Shown piece after piece: positions 44,083 to 53,426 of a DNA stretch of 64,000 nucleotides. Each line of letters begins with the position of its first letter. Positions within the stretch are counted from its first letter, which is position 1. The stretch spans positions 3,708-67,707 of the IMG/VR virus record IMGVR_UViG_3300028648_000064; one strand, 5' to 3'. The notes below the pieces were generated by a model. It had not been told where the DNA came from and did not search any database. It was given only the letters and a program-made list of their open reading frames with translations. Source of the stretch: a virus. The translations under genes were made by a program, and so were the position numbers.

Positions 44083-44122
44083 GATGGAGACTCCTTGTCG
44101 GAGTGAGTTGGTGGTGCGGGCG

Positions 44123-46378
44123 CTACGCCGGCTCGTCGACGCAGCGACAGTTGACGGTTTCCTCGGGGGGCCCGTTCACGTCCATGACGTAGAGCAGCCC
44201 GTTCGAGAACGGCTCGCCGACCGCGACCTCTTCGCCGTCGACGTGCTGGTGCGAATCGCGCACCTGCGGATCGCGCGACGAGAGCCAGGAATGGCGGTCG
44301 ACGCCCTGCCCGTGCATCTCGAGAAACCGGCTCCCCGAGACGCTACTCCCGATCTCGGTCCGCGCGATGGTCCGGGCGCGCGTCGCGCCGGCGTTCATCA
44401 CGCCACGAACGCGCTCCGCGAGGCCCGTCAGCGTCTCGCCCGCGTCGAGGCCTTCCCCGAGCGTCTCGCGGAGCGCCTCGCGGATCGTCTCGTTGATGCC
44501 GACGACCTTGATCTCCTTCACCTGGAGAAAGGCCCGCATCCCCGGCGCGTCGAGCCCGAGCGGGTCGCTGTCGATGAGGTTGGCGACGCCCTCGGCGCCG
44601 ATCCGGATCGCGTCTTCGAAGTACGGCCGCGAGAGCGTCCGCAGGCGCTCGTTTGCCGCCTGCTCGTCAAAGAGGAGCCGGCGGAGCTCGTCACTCGACG
44701 CGCGCGCCACCTGCTTCAGCGCCCGGAGGTTCCCCATCACCTCGGCATTGAGGTCGAAGATGTGGCCGCGGACTTCCGTCCGATACCGCTTCGTCAGCGG
44801 GTTGAACGAGGCCATGACGGCGCGCCACCGAGCGAACCGGAGCCCGTCGCGTTCCTGCTGCGCGCGGCGCGCGCGCACGCGCGCGGACGGGAGCACGATC
44901 ACGCGGCGTTCCTTCGGGGGCGGGAGCTTGGCCGGCGGTGTATCGTCGTCGTCGTCGTCGCCGCCGGGGGTCTTCGGGTCAGCCGCCGTCGGCGTGACGT
45001 CGATCGCCAGCGGATCGGAGAGCCGCCCGCCCTCGAGCACCTCCGAGACTGGCGCGAGGCTGAACGACACGAGCGCCACGTCCGGGAGCGCGTCGGGGTC
45101 GACGCCGAGGTCGCACAGCGCCGCTGCATCGCGTGCCGGCACCTGGCCCTCGTTCACGAGCTTGCAGTAATTCGTCACCTTCTCGGAGAAGTCCTTCTTC
45201 AGGACCTCGATCTCGTCGATGTCGAAGTAGCCGATGTGCCCCGGCGCGTAGCGATCGACGAAGATGCGCTGATAGTACGCCGAGAGGAGCGTGCAGAGCG
45301 GGACCGTCACCTGCCGCGCTTCCTGCGCTTCCGCGGCCGTGATCTGCTCGCCCGAGAGCGCCGACTTCTCCTGGTCGTTCAGGAGGACCGCCGGCGTCTT
45401 GAAGCACATGGCGATCTCGCGAAGCCCCCAGGTGCGCCCTTCGACGAACTGCATGTCCCGCTGCGTGATGCCGAGATCCTCGAGGTCCCAGTCGAGATTG
45501 ATCGCGCCGACCTTCCGCATCTTGGTCGAGCCGGCATAGGCGTCCTCGAACGCGAGGCGGGCCGCCTTCAAGTCATCGGGCTTGAGCGGCTGGCGGGTCT
45601 GCTCCGGCCCGACGCCGCGGTACTTCAGGAGGAGCGACAGCGCGCCGCCGTTCACGAAGAATGCTTCCTCGTACCGCTGCATCGCGTAGTCGCCGTTGAC
45701 GGCCTGCTGCGCCGCCTGGAGCGGGCCGAGCCCGAGGATCTGCGGTCCCGAGTCCGGATTCGAGAGCTTGCACTGGTCGAGCGTTTCCGGGTTCACCCAC
45801 TGCGGCCGCGAGCCCCACCGGAGCTCCCACGCGAGGAGCGCCCAGGTGGCGGGGTCGATCAGCGGCGACACGTGCGCGCTCGTGAGCGCGCGGAAGGTCA
45901 GAGGGATCCGCGTCTTCGAGTCGACGACCGGGTCCGCCTGCGTCCACGTGTTCCCGTGGGCAAGCAAACTTCCGACGTGCATCTCGACCATCTGCGAGAA
46001 GACCGGGTAGAGCGTCGGATGCGGCCGCTTCAGGCGATCGAGGAGCGCGTGCTTCGCGACCGGCTCACCGGGGTTGCCGTCCGGATCGGGCTTCGCGAGC
46101 TTGAACGGTACGCGCCCGACGTTCGTCATCGCACGCGAGATCGCCGTGTAGACGATGCTGTGGCTGCTGAACGAGCCGTTGACGCGCCGCCCGAGCCCGG
46201 CGGACTGAAGCTGCTCCTGGAGCGTCCGCACCATCGCGTCGCTGAGCGTCGAGGCGAACGCCCGGTGCTCCGCGCCGCGGATCTCACGGTCGTGGGCGAG
46301 CACTTGGTCGATCACCGTCGGAAGCGCGGACGCCGGCGTGCCGCCCAGGGCGCGCACGATGCGGTCGGCGAGGGGCAT
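44123..46378 (-). CDS. HK97-family portal protein fused to a MuF (SPP1 gp7-like) head morphogenesis domain
   Basis: LLAHGNTW, LGLGPL, FFVNGG, IAMCFKTP portal motifs; C-terminal RARTIARTE...W...D..VR.SH...DG...NCRC. Confidence 0.9.
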   Translation of the reverse strand: MPLADRIVRALGGTPASALPTVIDQVLAHDREIRGAEHRAFASTLSDAMVRTLQEQLQSAGLGRRVNGSFSSHSIVYTAISRAMTNVGRVPFKLAKPDPDGNPGEPVAKHALLDRLKRPHPTLYPVFSQMVEMHVGSLLAHGNTWTQADPVVDSKTRIPLTFRALTSAHVSPLIDPATWALLAWELRWGSRPQWVNPETLDQCKLSNPDSGPQILGLGPLQAAQQAVNGDYAMQRYEEAFFVNGGALSLLLKYRGVGPEQTRQPLKPDDLKAARLAFEDAYAGSTKMRKVGAINLDWDLEDLGITQRDMQFVEGRTWGLREIAMCFKTPAVLLNDQEKSALSGEQITAAEAQEARQVTVPLCTLLSAYYQRIFVDRYAPGHIGYFDIDEIEVLKKDFSEKVTNYCKLVNEGQVPARDAAALCDLGVDPDALPDVALVSFSLAPVSEVLEGGRLSDPLAIDVTPTAADPKTPGGDDDDDDTPPAKLPPPKERRVIVLPSARVRARRAQQERDGLRFARWRAVMASFNPLTKRYRTEVRGHIFDLNAEVMGNLRALKQVARASSDELRRLLFDEQAANERLRTLSRPYFEDAIRIGAEGVANLIDSDPLGLDAPGMRAFLQVKEIKVVGINETIREALRETLGEGLDAGETLTGLAERVRGVMNAGATRARTIARTEIGSSVSGSRFLEMHGQGVDRHSWLSSRDPQVRDSHQHVDGEEVAVGEPFSNGLLYVMDVNGPPEETVNCRCVDEPA

Positions 46379-46392
46379 TCAGTCGAGAACGA

Positions 46393-47883
46393 TCAGAACG
46401 CAGCGATCGCCGCGGGGTCGAACACCGCCGGTCGGCGATCCAGGAAACACAGCATCAGCGCATCCGCGTTGTCCGGGCTCCGCCCGTCCAAGCGCTTCCG
46501 CATCTCGTCCTTGCTCTCGATCTTGGTGCGGCCCCGGGACGAGCGGTCGTATTTGATAGCCACGAGCTCGGCGGCGAGGTCGAGGTCGTCCGGGTCGAGG
46601 TCGATGTCGCCGTCGATGAAACGCTCGCGGAGGCCCCAGTAGCCTTCGGCGCGGAGGTTCTCGAATTCCTCGTTGTTGGCGGCGCCCTCACCGACGTTGA
46701 TGCCGATGACGCTGGCCTCGCCGAGCTCGGCGGCACGATTCACGGCGCCAAGGCCCACGCCGCACTTGTCGATCTTCACCGCCGTCGCCTCGACCTCGCG
46801 CTTGTGCGCGAGCACGTTCCCGAGGGTCTTCATCGTGTCGGGTTGCCGATCGCGCCGCAGGCGACGCGCCACCGGCCCCCAGCGGGCGTAGACGACGTTC
46901 TCGTCACCGCCCGCCCCGACGTCGACGCCGAGCTCGCGCGGCTCGCCGAGCGAGAGCCTTCGGTTCTGCGCGGCAAGGACGAGGCCGGGTGAAATGAGTC
47001 CGCCATCCGTCTGCTCCGGGAACTCCCCTTCGACCTTGGACTTCCAGAGCGGGTTGCTCTCGCCCCACTTCCGCCGCTTCTCTTCGACCCAGGTCTTCCC
47101 GACCAACAGCGGACGGATCTCGTCAGGGACGTCCTCCCCGGTGAAGTTCGGCGAGTCGAAGGCGGAGATGTGGATGACGTTCCAGCCGGAGCCGGGCTTG
47201 CAGACCTCGGCGAATTCGGTTCGCGGGTCGTCGGGGTTGCCGATCGCGAGCATGCGCGAGTCATCGTTGGCGATGAGCGAGTCGGCGGCGACGAAGAGGT
47301 TCTTCGGGATGCCGCAACTCTCATCCAGCACGACCAGCATGTAGCGCTGGTGAAGTCCCTGAAACGCCGTCGGGTCTTGGTCAGCCGGCTTCCGACCGAA
47401 GGCCACGAGCTCTTCGCGGAACGTCCCGTCCGGCTTCCGGATTGGCAGAAACCACTCCGTTTGATTGAGTCGCCCAGGGAGCCCCCCGCGCGCATGGAGC
47501 CGCGCGATCTCACGCCAGAGAATCGCGCGAACCTGCGGGGCAGTCGGCGCCGACGTGACCACGAAGGCCGTTCCCGGGGGGTGGACGTCCAGCCACCACC
47601 CGACCGCGACGGCCGCACAGAGCGACTTGCCGACCTCGTGAGACGCGTGCACCGAGGTGAGACGATGGTCCCGGAGACTCTCAATGATGGCCCGCTGCTT
47701 TGACCAGAGGTGAACGCCAGCTCGCTCGCGCGCCCACGCGACGGGGTCCTTGAGGTACCGTCGCCGCGCCGCCTCACGCGCAATCTCGTCGTCAGTGGGC
47801 GGACGAAACGCCGCCCGGGGCGTGGCCGTTGGTGCCGTTGCCGTTGTGGTGTGCGTGGTCGTGTCCGTTGGTAAGCGGCGCAC
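46393..47883 (-). CDS. terL: terminase large subunit
   Basis: ASHEVGKS Walker A, VVLDES Walker B, IGNP motif III, GVDVG nuclease Asp, SPDNADALML. Confidence 0.93.
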   Translation of the reverse strand: MRRLPTDTTTHTTTATAPTATPRAAFRPPTDDEIAREAARRRYLKDPVAWARERAGVHLWSKQRAIIESLRDHRLTSVHASHEVGKSLCAAVAVGWWLDVHPPGTAFVVTSAPTAPQVRAILWREIARLHARGGLPGRLNQTEWFLPIRKPDGTFREELVAFGRKPADQDPTAFQGLHQRYMLVVLDESCGIPKNLFVAADSLIANDDSRMLAIGNPDDPRTEFAEVCKPGSGWNVIHISAFDSPNFTGEDVPDEIRPLLVGKTWVEEKRRKWGESNPLWKSKVEGEFPEQTDGGLISPGLVLAAQNRRLSLGEPRELGVDVGAGGDENVVYARWGPVARRLRRDRQPDTMKTLGNVLAHKREVEATAVKIDKCGVGLGAVNRAAELGEASVIGINVGEGAANNEEFENLRAEGYWGLRERFIDGDIDLDPDDLDLAAELVAIKYDRSSRGRTKIESKDEMRKRLDGRSPDNADALMLCFLDRRPAVFDPAAIAAF

Positions 47884-48331
47884 CGGCGCGCGCGCGGATC
47901 TTCTGCAACGCTTCGAATTCCTCGTCGGTGAGCTTGGTCAGGTCCCACGGGACCGCGGCGGTTTCGATGGGGCCGCCGTCTTTGCCGGTGTGCTCGTGGC
48001 TCGCGCGGTCCCGGTACTTGTCGCCACGGTTGCCCTTGAGCAGGAAGATCGCCGCCGTCGTGTCGCGCGTGATGCCGCGGCGGTAGAGGCTCTCCTCGAG
48101 CGCGTCGAGTGCGTCGTCGTGCGCGTCCGTCCACGCCGCTGCGAACGCCTCATCGGCATCCCGCCAGGCGTAGACGGTGCGGCGGCCGACGTCAGCCGCC
48201 TTCGCCGCGTGATAGACGCTTCCATGTCGGCGAAGTTCTTCGATGAACGCCGCCTTTTTTTCTGGTGTGCTACTGCGCTTGCCGGGTGGCGGCTTGCGCT
48301 TCCGTCGCCGGGGTTCAGGCCGCTTCGGCAC
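47792..48331 (-). CDS. terS: terminase small subunit
   Basis: KKAAFIEELRRHGSVYHAAKAADVGRRTVYAWR HTH; IFLLKG; EHTGKDGGPI. Confidence 0.88.
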   Translation of the reverse strand: MPKRPEPRRRKRKPPPGKRSSTPEKKAAFIEELRRHGSVYHAAKAADVGRRTVYAWRDADEAFAAAWTDAHDDALDALEESLYRRGITRDTTAAIFLLKGNRGDKYRDRASHEHTGKDGGPIETAAVPWDLTKLTDEEFEALQKIRARAGAPLTNGHDHAHHNGNGTNGHAPGGVSSAH

Positions 48332-48914
48332 CGAGCCCCCAGAGGATCTTCCCGGTCGAGTGATGCTTGATGTGGCAGGCGCGACACAGGGTGATCCCGT
48401 TGTCGAGCTCGATTCGCAGCGACGGCACATTCGCCCAGTGGACAAGGTGATGCGCCACGAGCTGCTCGGTCGCCCCGCACCCGATCGCCTGACACCGGTG
48501 CCCGTCACGGCGCAGAACTGCCCGGCGCCACGCAAGGACGTCCGGCGACCCTCGGTCCACCACGTACCCACGCAGCGACTTGACCGTGCGCCAATGGGGA
48601 GCCACGTAGTCGAGCCACGCTGCGCACGCCTCTCGTTGCTCGGGGAGGGCGGTCTCGTCGAGCATCCGCGCCGCCATGAGAAGGACGGCCGGCACGCCGC
48701 CGTGCTTCCGGATGCGCTCCGAGATCTCCTCCTCGGTCGGCTTGGCTCGTCCGACCGTCCACCACCCCATAATCTTCTTCAGCGCCCGGATCTTCTGCGT
48801 CAGGAACGCGCGGTACCATTCGACAGCGAACCGCACCTCGTCCGGGGTGCCCTCGAATGCGACCGGCAGAAGCTCGCCAGAGGCTGCTCGTTCGAAGTGG
48901 ATCTTCGCTCCCAT
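48315..48914 (-). CDS. HNH endonuclease (terminase-associated, HK97 gp74-like position)
   Basis: RDGHRCQAIGC...AHH...NGITLCRACH. Confidence 0.85.
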   Translation of the reverse strand: MGAKIHFERAASGELLPVAFEGTPDEVRFAVEWYRAFLTQKIRALKKIMGWWTVGRAKPTEEEISERIRKHGGVPAVLLMAARMLDETALPEQREACAAWLDYVAPHWRTVKSLRGYVVDRGSPDVLAWRRAVLRRDGHRCQAIGCGATEQLVAHHLVHWANVPSLRIELDNGITLCRACHIKHHSTGKILWGLGAEAA

Positions 48915-48918
48915 CGCC

Positions 48919-49146
48919 CTACGCTCGCCCGATCACCACCGCCCGCCGATACGTCTCTCGCCCGTAGAGCGCTTGCTCTGGGGCCGAGAGGCGGAGGGTG
49001 GCGCCCGTGCCCCGGCTCCGATGCCCGCGGTTCGAGCTCCGACACGCGCGGCAGGTGCCGTAGACCGGGAGCGTGCCGTCGTTCCGGATGTCCTCGGGCA
49101 TCGCTTCGAGCCGCGGGATCTCGGCGTCGCAAGATAAGCACTTCAC
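48919..49146 (-). CDS. small Zn-ribbon hypothetical protein
   Basis: CLSC...CRAC; GTG start inferred. Confidence 0.45.
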   Translation of the reverse strand: MKCLSCDAEIPRLEAMPEDIRNDGTLPVYGTCRACRSSNRGHRSRGTGATLRLSAPEQALYGRETYRRAVVIGRA

Positions 49147-49353
49147 GGAATGACCTCGAGCTCCACCGAACGACACCCTGGATCCGGCCACCGAAACGCC
49201 TCCCTGTACGCGATCGTGCGGACGATGGTGACGCGCGCGGAGGCGTCCTGCGGGGTGATCGAGACGACGTCCCACCCGTCAGGGCGGATGGAACGTCGCC
49301 CCGAGGGTCACCAAGCAGGCGAGCGTGAGGCGGAGGAGCTCCACGACCGAAGA

Positions 49354-49701
49354 TCAGTTCTCGTCGTCGCCGCCGAAGGTGATCGTCCCGCCGGAGGCCT
49401 CGCCCTGGATCACGGTCTCTTCACCGATGAGCGTGAGCGTGCGCACGCCGTCGCCGCGGTCGGCGTCGGCCGTGACCTGGACCTGGACAGGACCGAGGGC
49501 AGAGGGGCGAACCTTGCCCGAGCAGCCGACGACCTTGCCGTCGTTCAGGCCGGTGCCGAAGACCTTCGCGAAGTCCTCGATCGCCCCGTTCGTCGTGGCC
49601 GCGGCGATCTCCTGCTGGCTCTCGTCGATCGAGCACTCGTTGCCCTGGATGTCGGTGAAGCGCGCTTCGAAGGCGCGGCGGCGTCCCAATTGAATCGGCA
49701 T
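49354..49701 (-). CDS. hypothetical beta-rich protein (115 aa)
   Basis: AAAGGA RBS; ends ASGGTITFGGDDEN. Confidence 0.7.
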   Translation of the reverse strand: MPIQLGRRRAFEARFTDIQGNECSIDESQQEIAAATTNGAIEDFAKVFGTGLNDGKVVGCSGKVRPSALGPVQVQVTADADRGDGVRTLTLIGEETVIQGEASGGTITFGGDDEN

Positions 49702-49737
49702 GATGCGTGTCCTTTCGTGCGTGAAATGCCGACGGCG

Positions 49738-49887
49738 CTACGGCTCGTCGGTCGGGGCAAACGTAACGGTGCCGCCCGTAGCGACCGGTGGCGGCGGAGG
49801 TGTGAGCTTCTTCTCGATGTCGTCGAGGCGGCGGTGCAGCGAGACGGACACGAGCACCAGCACCGCGAAGATGATGCCGTCCAGCAT
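49738..49887 (-). CDS. small membrane-anchored protein (49 aa), not in the ORF track
   Basis: MLDGIIFAVLVLVSVSLHRRLDDIEKKLTPPPPVATGGTVTFAPTDEP; TGATG coupling. Confidence 0.65.
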   Translation of the reverse strand: MLDGIIFAVLVLVSVSLHRRLDDIEKKLTPPPPPVATGGTVTFAPTDEP

Positions 49888-50258
49888 CAGCCCTCGTCGC
49901 TGGGAGCGAAGGCAACGGTGCCGGCGGAGGCCTCGCGCTGCTTGAACCGCGCGCGGGCCGCTTGCGCTTGGCGCACCTGGAGGTCGAGGAGTGCGATCGT
50001 CGCCGCGTCGACTTCACGCTCCGGGAGCGCCGGGAAGCCGTGCTCGAGCAAGTCGGAAACGGCGACGCGGGCGGCTTCGATCTTCGCGAGACGCGCCTGG
50101 AGAAAGGAGTCTTCCGCCGCGTCGGCCTCGCGCATCGGCTCTTCGCCGGGGAGCGCGAGGCGCTGGCCATCTTGAACGCCACCCAACGGGTCCGCGATCG
50201 CGGCCACTTGCGCTGCCATCGCCGCGAGCAGGGTGTCGGCGGCTTCTTTTCCGTCCAT
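49887..50258 (-). CDS. hypothetical helical protein
   Basis: MDGKEAAD...; ends ASAGTVAFAPSDEG. Confidence 0.7.
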   Translation of the reverse strand: MDGKEAADTLLAAMAAQVAAIADPLGGVQDGQRLALPGEEPMREADAAEDSFLQARLAKIEAARVAVSDLLEHGFPALPEREVDAATIALLDLQVRQAQAARARFKQREASAGTVAFAPSDEG

Positions 50259-50269
50259 CGCTGTCACCC

Positions 50270-50890
50270 TCACTTCCAAGTGCGACCGAGCATGACCTGC
50301 TCGATCGCGCCAAGAGTTACGCCGTACTCCTCGGCTAGCTGTCGATGGGTGACGCCGCCGGAACCCGGCCGACCTTTGCCGTGTCGCGTGCCGTACCGGC
50401 GGCGAATCTCATCGACCTGCGGACGCGTGAGAATCGCCTTCCCCGCCGTTTCACCACGGGCCTGCCGACACTTGCGGACCTTGTCGGCGTTATTGTCGGC
50501 GTCGGTCCCGAGGAAGAGGTGCGCCACGCGAACGCACGGCGGATTGTCGCAGCGGTGCAGCACGCCCATGCCGTCCGGGATCGGCCCGCGCTGCAATGTC
50601 CATGCGACCCGGTGCGCAAGCTCAAGGCGTCCGCGCACCCCAAGCCTTCCGTACCCGAGCGGGTTTCGAAACCCCGTCCACAACCAGCACCCGTCCGATA
50701 CCGAAACGTACGACCAGAACCGGAGCGCGAGCTGCGGCAAAGACCCGGGCCCGAGCCGTCGCTGGTCCCGGCGGCGGTACGCCGTCGCTAGCATGCCCAT
50801 GAGCGCCCCCGCAGGGACGCGAGGGTCCGCCGCGGCCCGGAGGAGAACGGGGATCTCCGCAGGCCCGAAGTCAGCCGCCGTGTTTCGCAT
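50270..50890 (-). CDS. HNH homing endonuclease (HNH_3 type) with C-terminal HTH
   Basis: FW..V...GCWLWTG...GYG...AHRVAW...VLHRCDNPPCV...HLFLGT..DN. Confidence 0.9.
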   Translation of the reverse strand: MRNTAADFGPAEIPVLLRAAADPRVPAGALMGMLATAYRRRDQRRLGPGSLPQLALRFWSYVSVSDGCWLWTGFRNPLGYGRLGVRGRLELAHRVAWTLQRGPIPDGMGVLHRCDNPPCVRVAHLFLGTDADNNADKVRKCRQARGETAGKAILTRPQVDEIRRRYGTRHGKGRPGSGGVTHRQLAEEYGVTLGAIEQVMLGRTWK

Positions 50891-52154
50891 TCGCCTGGTT
50901 GGGGGAGTGCTGCCTGTATTCGATGAGTGGATGCGGCACGCGAACTGCGTCGTGGCCTGCTGCGACGATGCGTCGAAAGAGGTCATGATCCTCGGGCCCA
51001 CCGGTGTCCCGATAGCCGCCGACTTCCAAGTACGCGGACCGTCGGTAGGCCGAGCTCCCGTGCATCACGTTGTGCGACTGCATCCGCACCCGAATCGACG
51101 CGTCGAAGTCCGGGAACGTCCAGTGATAGAGCCCGACGTCCGGCAGCTTCGCGGCCCCCACCTTGCCCGCCAAGATGTGCGCGCGCTCGCCGAAGAGGAC
51201 CATGTCCGTGTAGGCGATCGCGGCGAAGGGATGCGCGATCAGCGCCCCAGCGCACCGCTCCACGTAGTCGGCGCGGGCGCGGTTGTCGGCGCCGAGGAAG
51301 CACACGAACTCGCTCGCCGTCGCGTCAACGCCGCGGCGGAAGTTGCCGACGACGCCGAGGTTCCGCTCGTTTCGATGCACCGTCACGCGCCCGGCGTAGC
51401 GCTCGAGCACCTGCATCGTCTCGTCGGTGCTTGCGTCGTCCATCACGACGAGCTCGTCGGGGGCTTGGGTCTGCGCGAGCGCGGAGTCGAGGGCCTCGCC
51501 CAAGTACCGGCCGTATTGATAATTCGCGACGATCAGGGCGACGGTCGGATGCCCGAGGCGTGTCGTTTCGAGCGCGCAGTCGCGGCGGAGCGTGTAGCGG
51601 TGGTCGTCGCCGTTCTCGCAGGCGACGGCGCCGAGGAAGCCTGACTCAGGGAGCAGCGCGAGCCCGGCCACTCTCCCGTGCGGGTACGCGAACCAGCGGA
51701 ACCCCTGCGGATCGAGCGCGCGGAGGTGCTCGGGGACCGCGAGCTCGTGGCGGATGGCGTCGTGGTCGAGCGTCGTCAGGTCCGCGTGGCTCGCGGAGTG
51801 CCACTGGAGGCGGCCGCCGTGCTCGACGATCGTGCGGAGGTCGTCGAGATCGGCGAAGTCCGCGGGCGGTTCCGGGGCGTCGAAGGCGTTGTCGCGGCCG
51901 ATGTGGTCGCCGGAGAGGAAGCATTCGAACGGTACGCCGTGGCGGCGGAGCAGCGGGAGCGCGTACGTGAGGACGTTCCGGTAGAGGCCGTCGAACGTGA
52001 TCACGTAGGCGTTCGGGTCGTGCGGGTCGTACTCGTCGAGGTACGTCACGCGCTTGCCGCGGAGGTCCAGCAGGAGCTGCGCGAGCGCATCGGGCGTAAC
52101 CCACCACCGAGTCGCAGCCACTGGCGCGACTTTGTGGAGGTAGAGGATGGGCAC
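50871..52154 (-). CDS. polysaccharide deacetylase (CE4/NodB-like) plus GT2 glycosyltransferase fusion
   Basis: LYLHKV, ITFDG, WHSASH, FAYPHG; then VVMDDASTD, FLGADN, EDHDL. Confidence 0.88.
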   Translation of the reverse strand: MPILYLHKVAPVAATRWWVTPDALAQLLLDLRGKRVTYLDEYDPHDPNAYVITFDGLYRNVLTYALPLLRRHGVPFECFLSGDHIGRDNAFDAPEPPADFADLDDLRTIVEHGGRLQWHSASHADLTTLDHDAIRHELAVPEHLRALDPQGFRWFAYPHGRVAGLALLPESGFLGAVACENGDDHRYTLRRDCALETTRLGHPTVALIVANYQYGRYLGEALDSALAQTQAPDELVVMDDASTDETMQVLERYAGRVTVHRNERNLGVVGNFRRGVDATASEFVCFLGADNRARADYVERCAGALIAHPFAAIAYTDMVLFGERAHILAGKVGAAKLPDVGLYHWTFPDFDASIRVRMQSHNVMHGSSAYRRSAYLEVGGYRDTGGPEDHDLFRRIVAAGHDAVRVPHPLIEYRQHSPNQANAKHGG

Positions 52155-52161
52155 GGTCTAG

Positions 52162-52887
52162 CTACGCTACGTGACGCCAGCTTCTCCGAGCGACGGCATT
52201 GATGACCGCGGTTGGAGTTACACCGTACCGTTGCGCGAGTGCGGCGTACGGGACGCCGGCAGCCGCTTCCCTTCGAACCTGCCGTACCGACTCCGCCGTC
52301 AACTTCGCCCAGGAGCACGCTTCCCCATGCAGGGAAGTAGGGACATGCCGCCCCTTACTCATCATGTCCTTCACGTTGTCGTCGCGTGTCCCGAGAAACA
52401 GGTGGCCCGGGTTCACGCACGGGGGATTGTCACAGCGATGGAGGACGCAGAGCCCGTCCGGGATCTTGCCGTTGCATAGTTCCCACGAAAAACGGTGTGC
52501 CCGAACAGACGCCTTTCCGCGCTCGACGTGGAAGTTGCCGTAGCCACGAGGCGACCGACCGGACTGCCATTCCCAGCACGATTCATCATCGCGCTTGGCG
52601 ACGTAGCCCCAGAACCGTTGCGCCAGTGTCGAGGTCGGCCGCTTGCCCGGCTCTTGATGCTCGGGGTTCACGCAACGCACCGCGCCGCAACGCGGGCGAA
52701 GATTCGCCGGGCCGTCGGTACCATGGCGCATTAGCCAGGCAACTCGATGCGCAAGACGCGAGACTCCGAGATGAACGAATACGCCGCGCCCTCGCGCGCT
52801 AACACCGCCGCGCCATAGCCAACAGCCGTCTTCGCAACACTCCACGAACGACATGAAGTGCATCGCTATGTCATCTATGCGGCGCAT
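52162..52887 (-). CDS. HNH homing endonuclease with duplicated HNH module
   Basis: Two CW.W...G.G...AHR...C....CVNP.H units (first degenerate); C-terminal HTH. Confidence 0.88.
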   Translation of the reverse strand: MRRIDDIAMHFMSFVECCEDGCWLWRGGVSARGRGVFVHLGVSRLAHRVAWLMRHGTDGPANLRPRCGAVRCVNPEHQEPGKRPTSTLAQRFWGYVAKRDDESCWEWQSGRSPRGYGNFHVERGKASVRAHRFSWELCNGKIPDGLCVLHRCDNPPCVNPGHLFLGTRDDNVKDMMSKGRHVPTSLHGEACSWAKLTAESVRQVRREAAAGVPYAALAQRYGVTPTAVINAVARRSWRHVA

Positions 52888-52890
52888 AGC

Positions 52891-53424
52891 TTAGCAGGCT
52901 CGCCAGATCTCAAGACGGTGCTCGAACTCTCGGTATTTATACGTCTCCCGGTGCAGCAACGTCAGCGGCGGCACGACCGAAAGCCAACCGCTGACACCAC
53001 TGATGACAAGATCGCCGCCCGGCGCGAGCTGCTCCGCAAGAATCTGCCCCGCGAGCACGGAGGCGCCGCCAAGATACTGGGAGTACAATATCCCGCTCGC
53101 AATGATCAGGTCGTACGTCCCCCGGATCAGGTTCCCGAAGTCGAAGAGCGACCCCTGGTAGAAGACCCGCTTCGCCCCCGCCGGCGTCCGGTCGCGGGCC
53201 TGGTTGATGGCGCCCTGCGCGAGGTCGATGCCGGTCACGAACTCGGCGGGGAGCTGCTCCGCGATGAACCCGTCCCCGCACCCGATGTCGAGCGCCCGCC
53301 GGTACCGACTTTTCGGGAGCGCCGCCAAGAGCTTCACGAGCCGCGTTTGATCGTCCGGGTGCGTCCGGAAGCCCCAGGGATCGGGGCGGGACCAGAAGGC
53401 GTCGAGCTCGGCGGGGGATTGCAT
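52891..53424 (-). CDS. class I SAM-dependent methyltransferase (NodS-like)
   Basis: DPWGF N-terminal motif; RALDIGCGDG motif I; YDLII..G.LY. Confidence 0.85.
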   Translation of the reverse strand: MQSPAELDAFWSRPDPWGFRTHPDDQTRLVKLLAALPKSRYRRALDIGCGDGFIAEQLPAEFVTGIDLAQGAINQARDRTPAGAKRVFYQGSLFDFGNLIRGTYDLIIASGILYSQYLGGASVLAGQILAEQLAPGGDLVISGVSGWLSVVPPLTLLHRETYKYREFEHRLEIWRAC

Positions 53425-53426
53425 CG

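Noticed and set aside
49143-49344. Single ORF MELLRLTL...DGWDVVSITP...
   Set aside because: An in-frame TGA and a frame change split it; cannot distinguish a pseudogene from non-coding sequence
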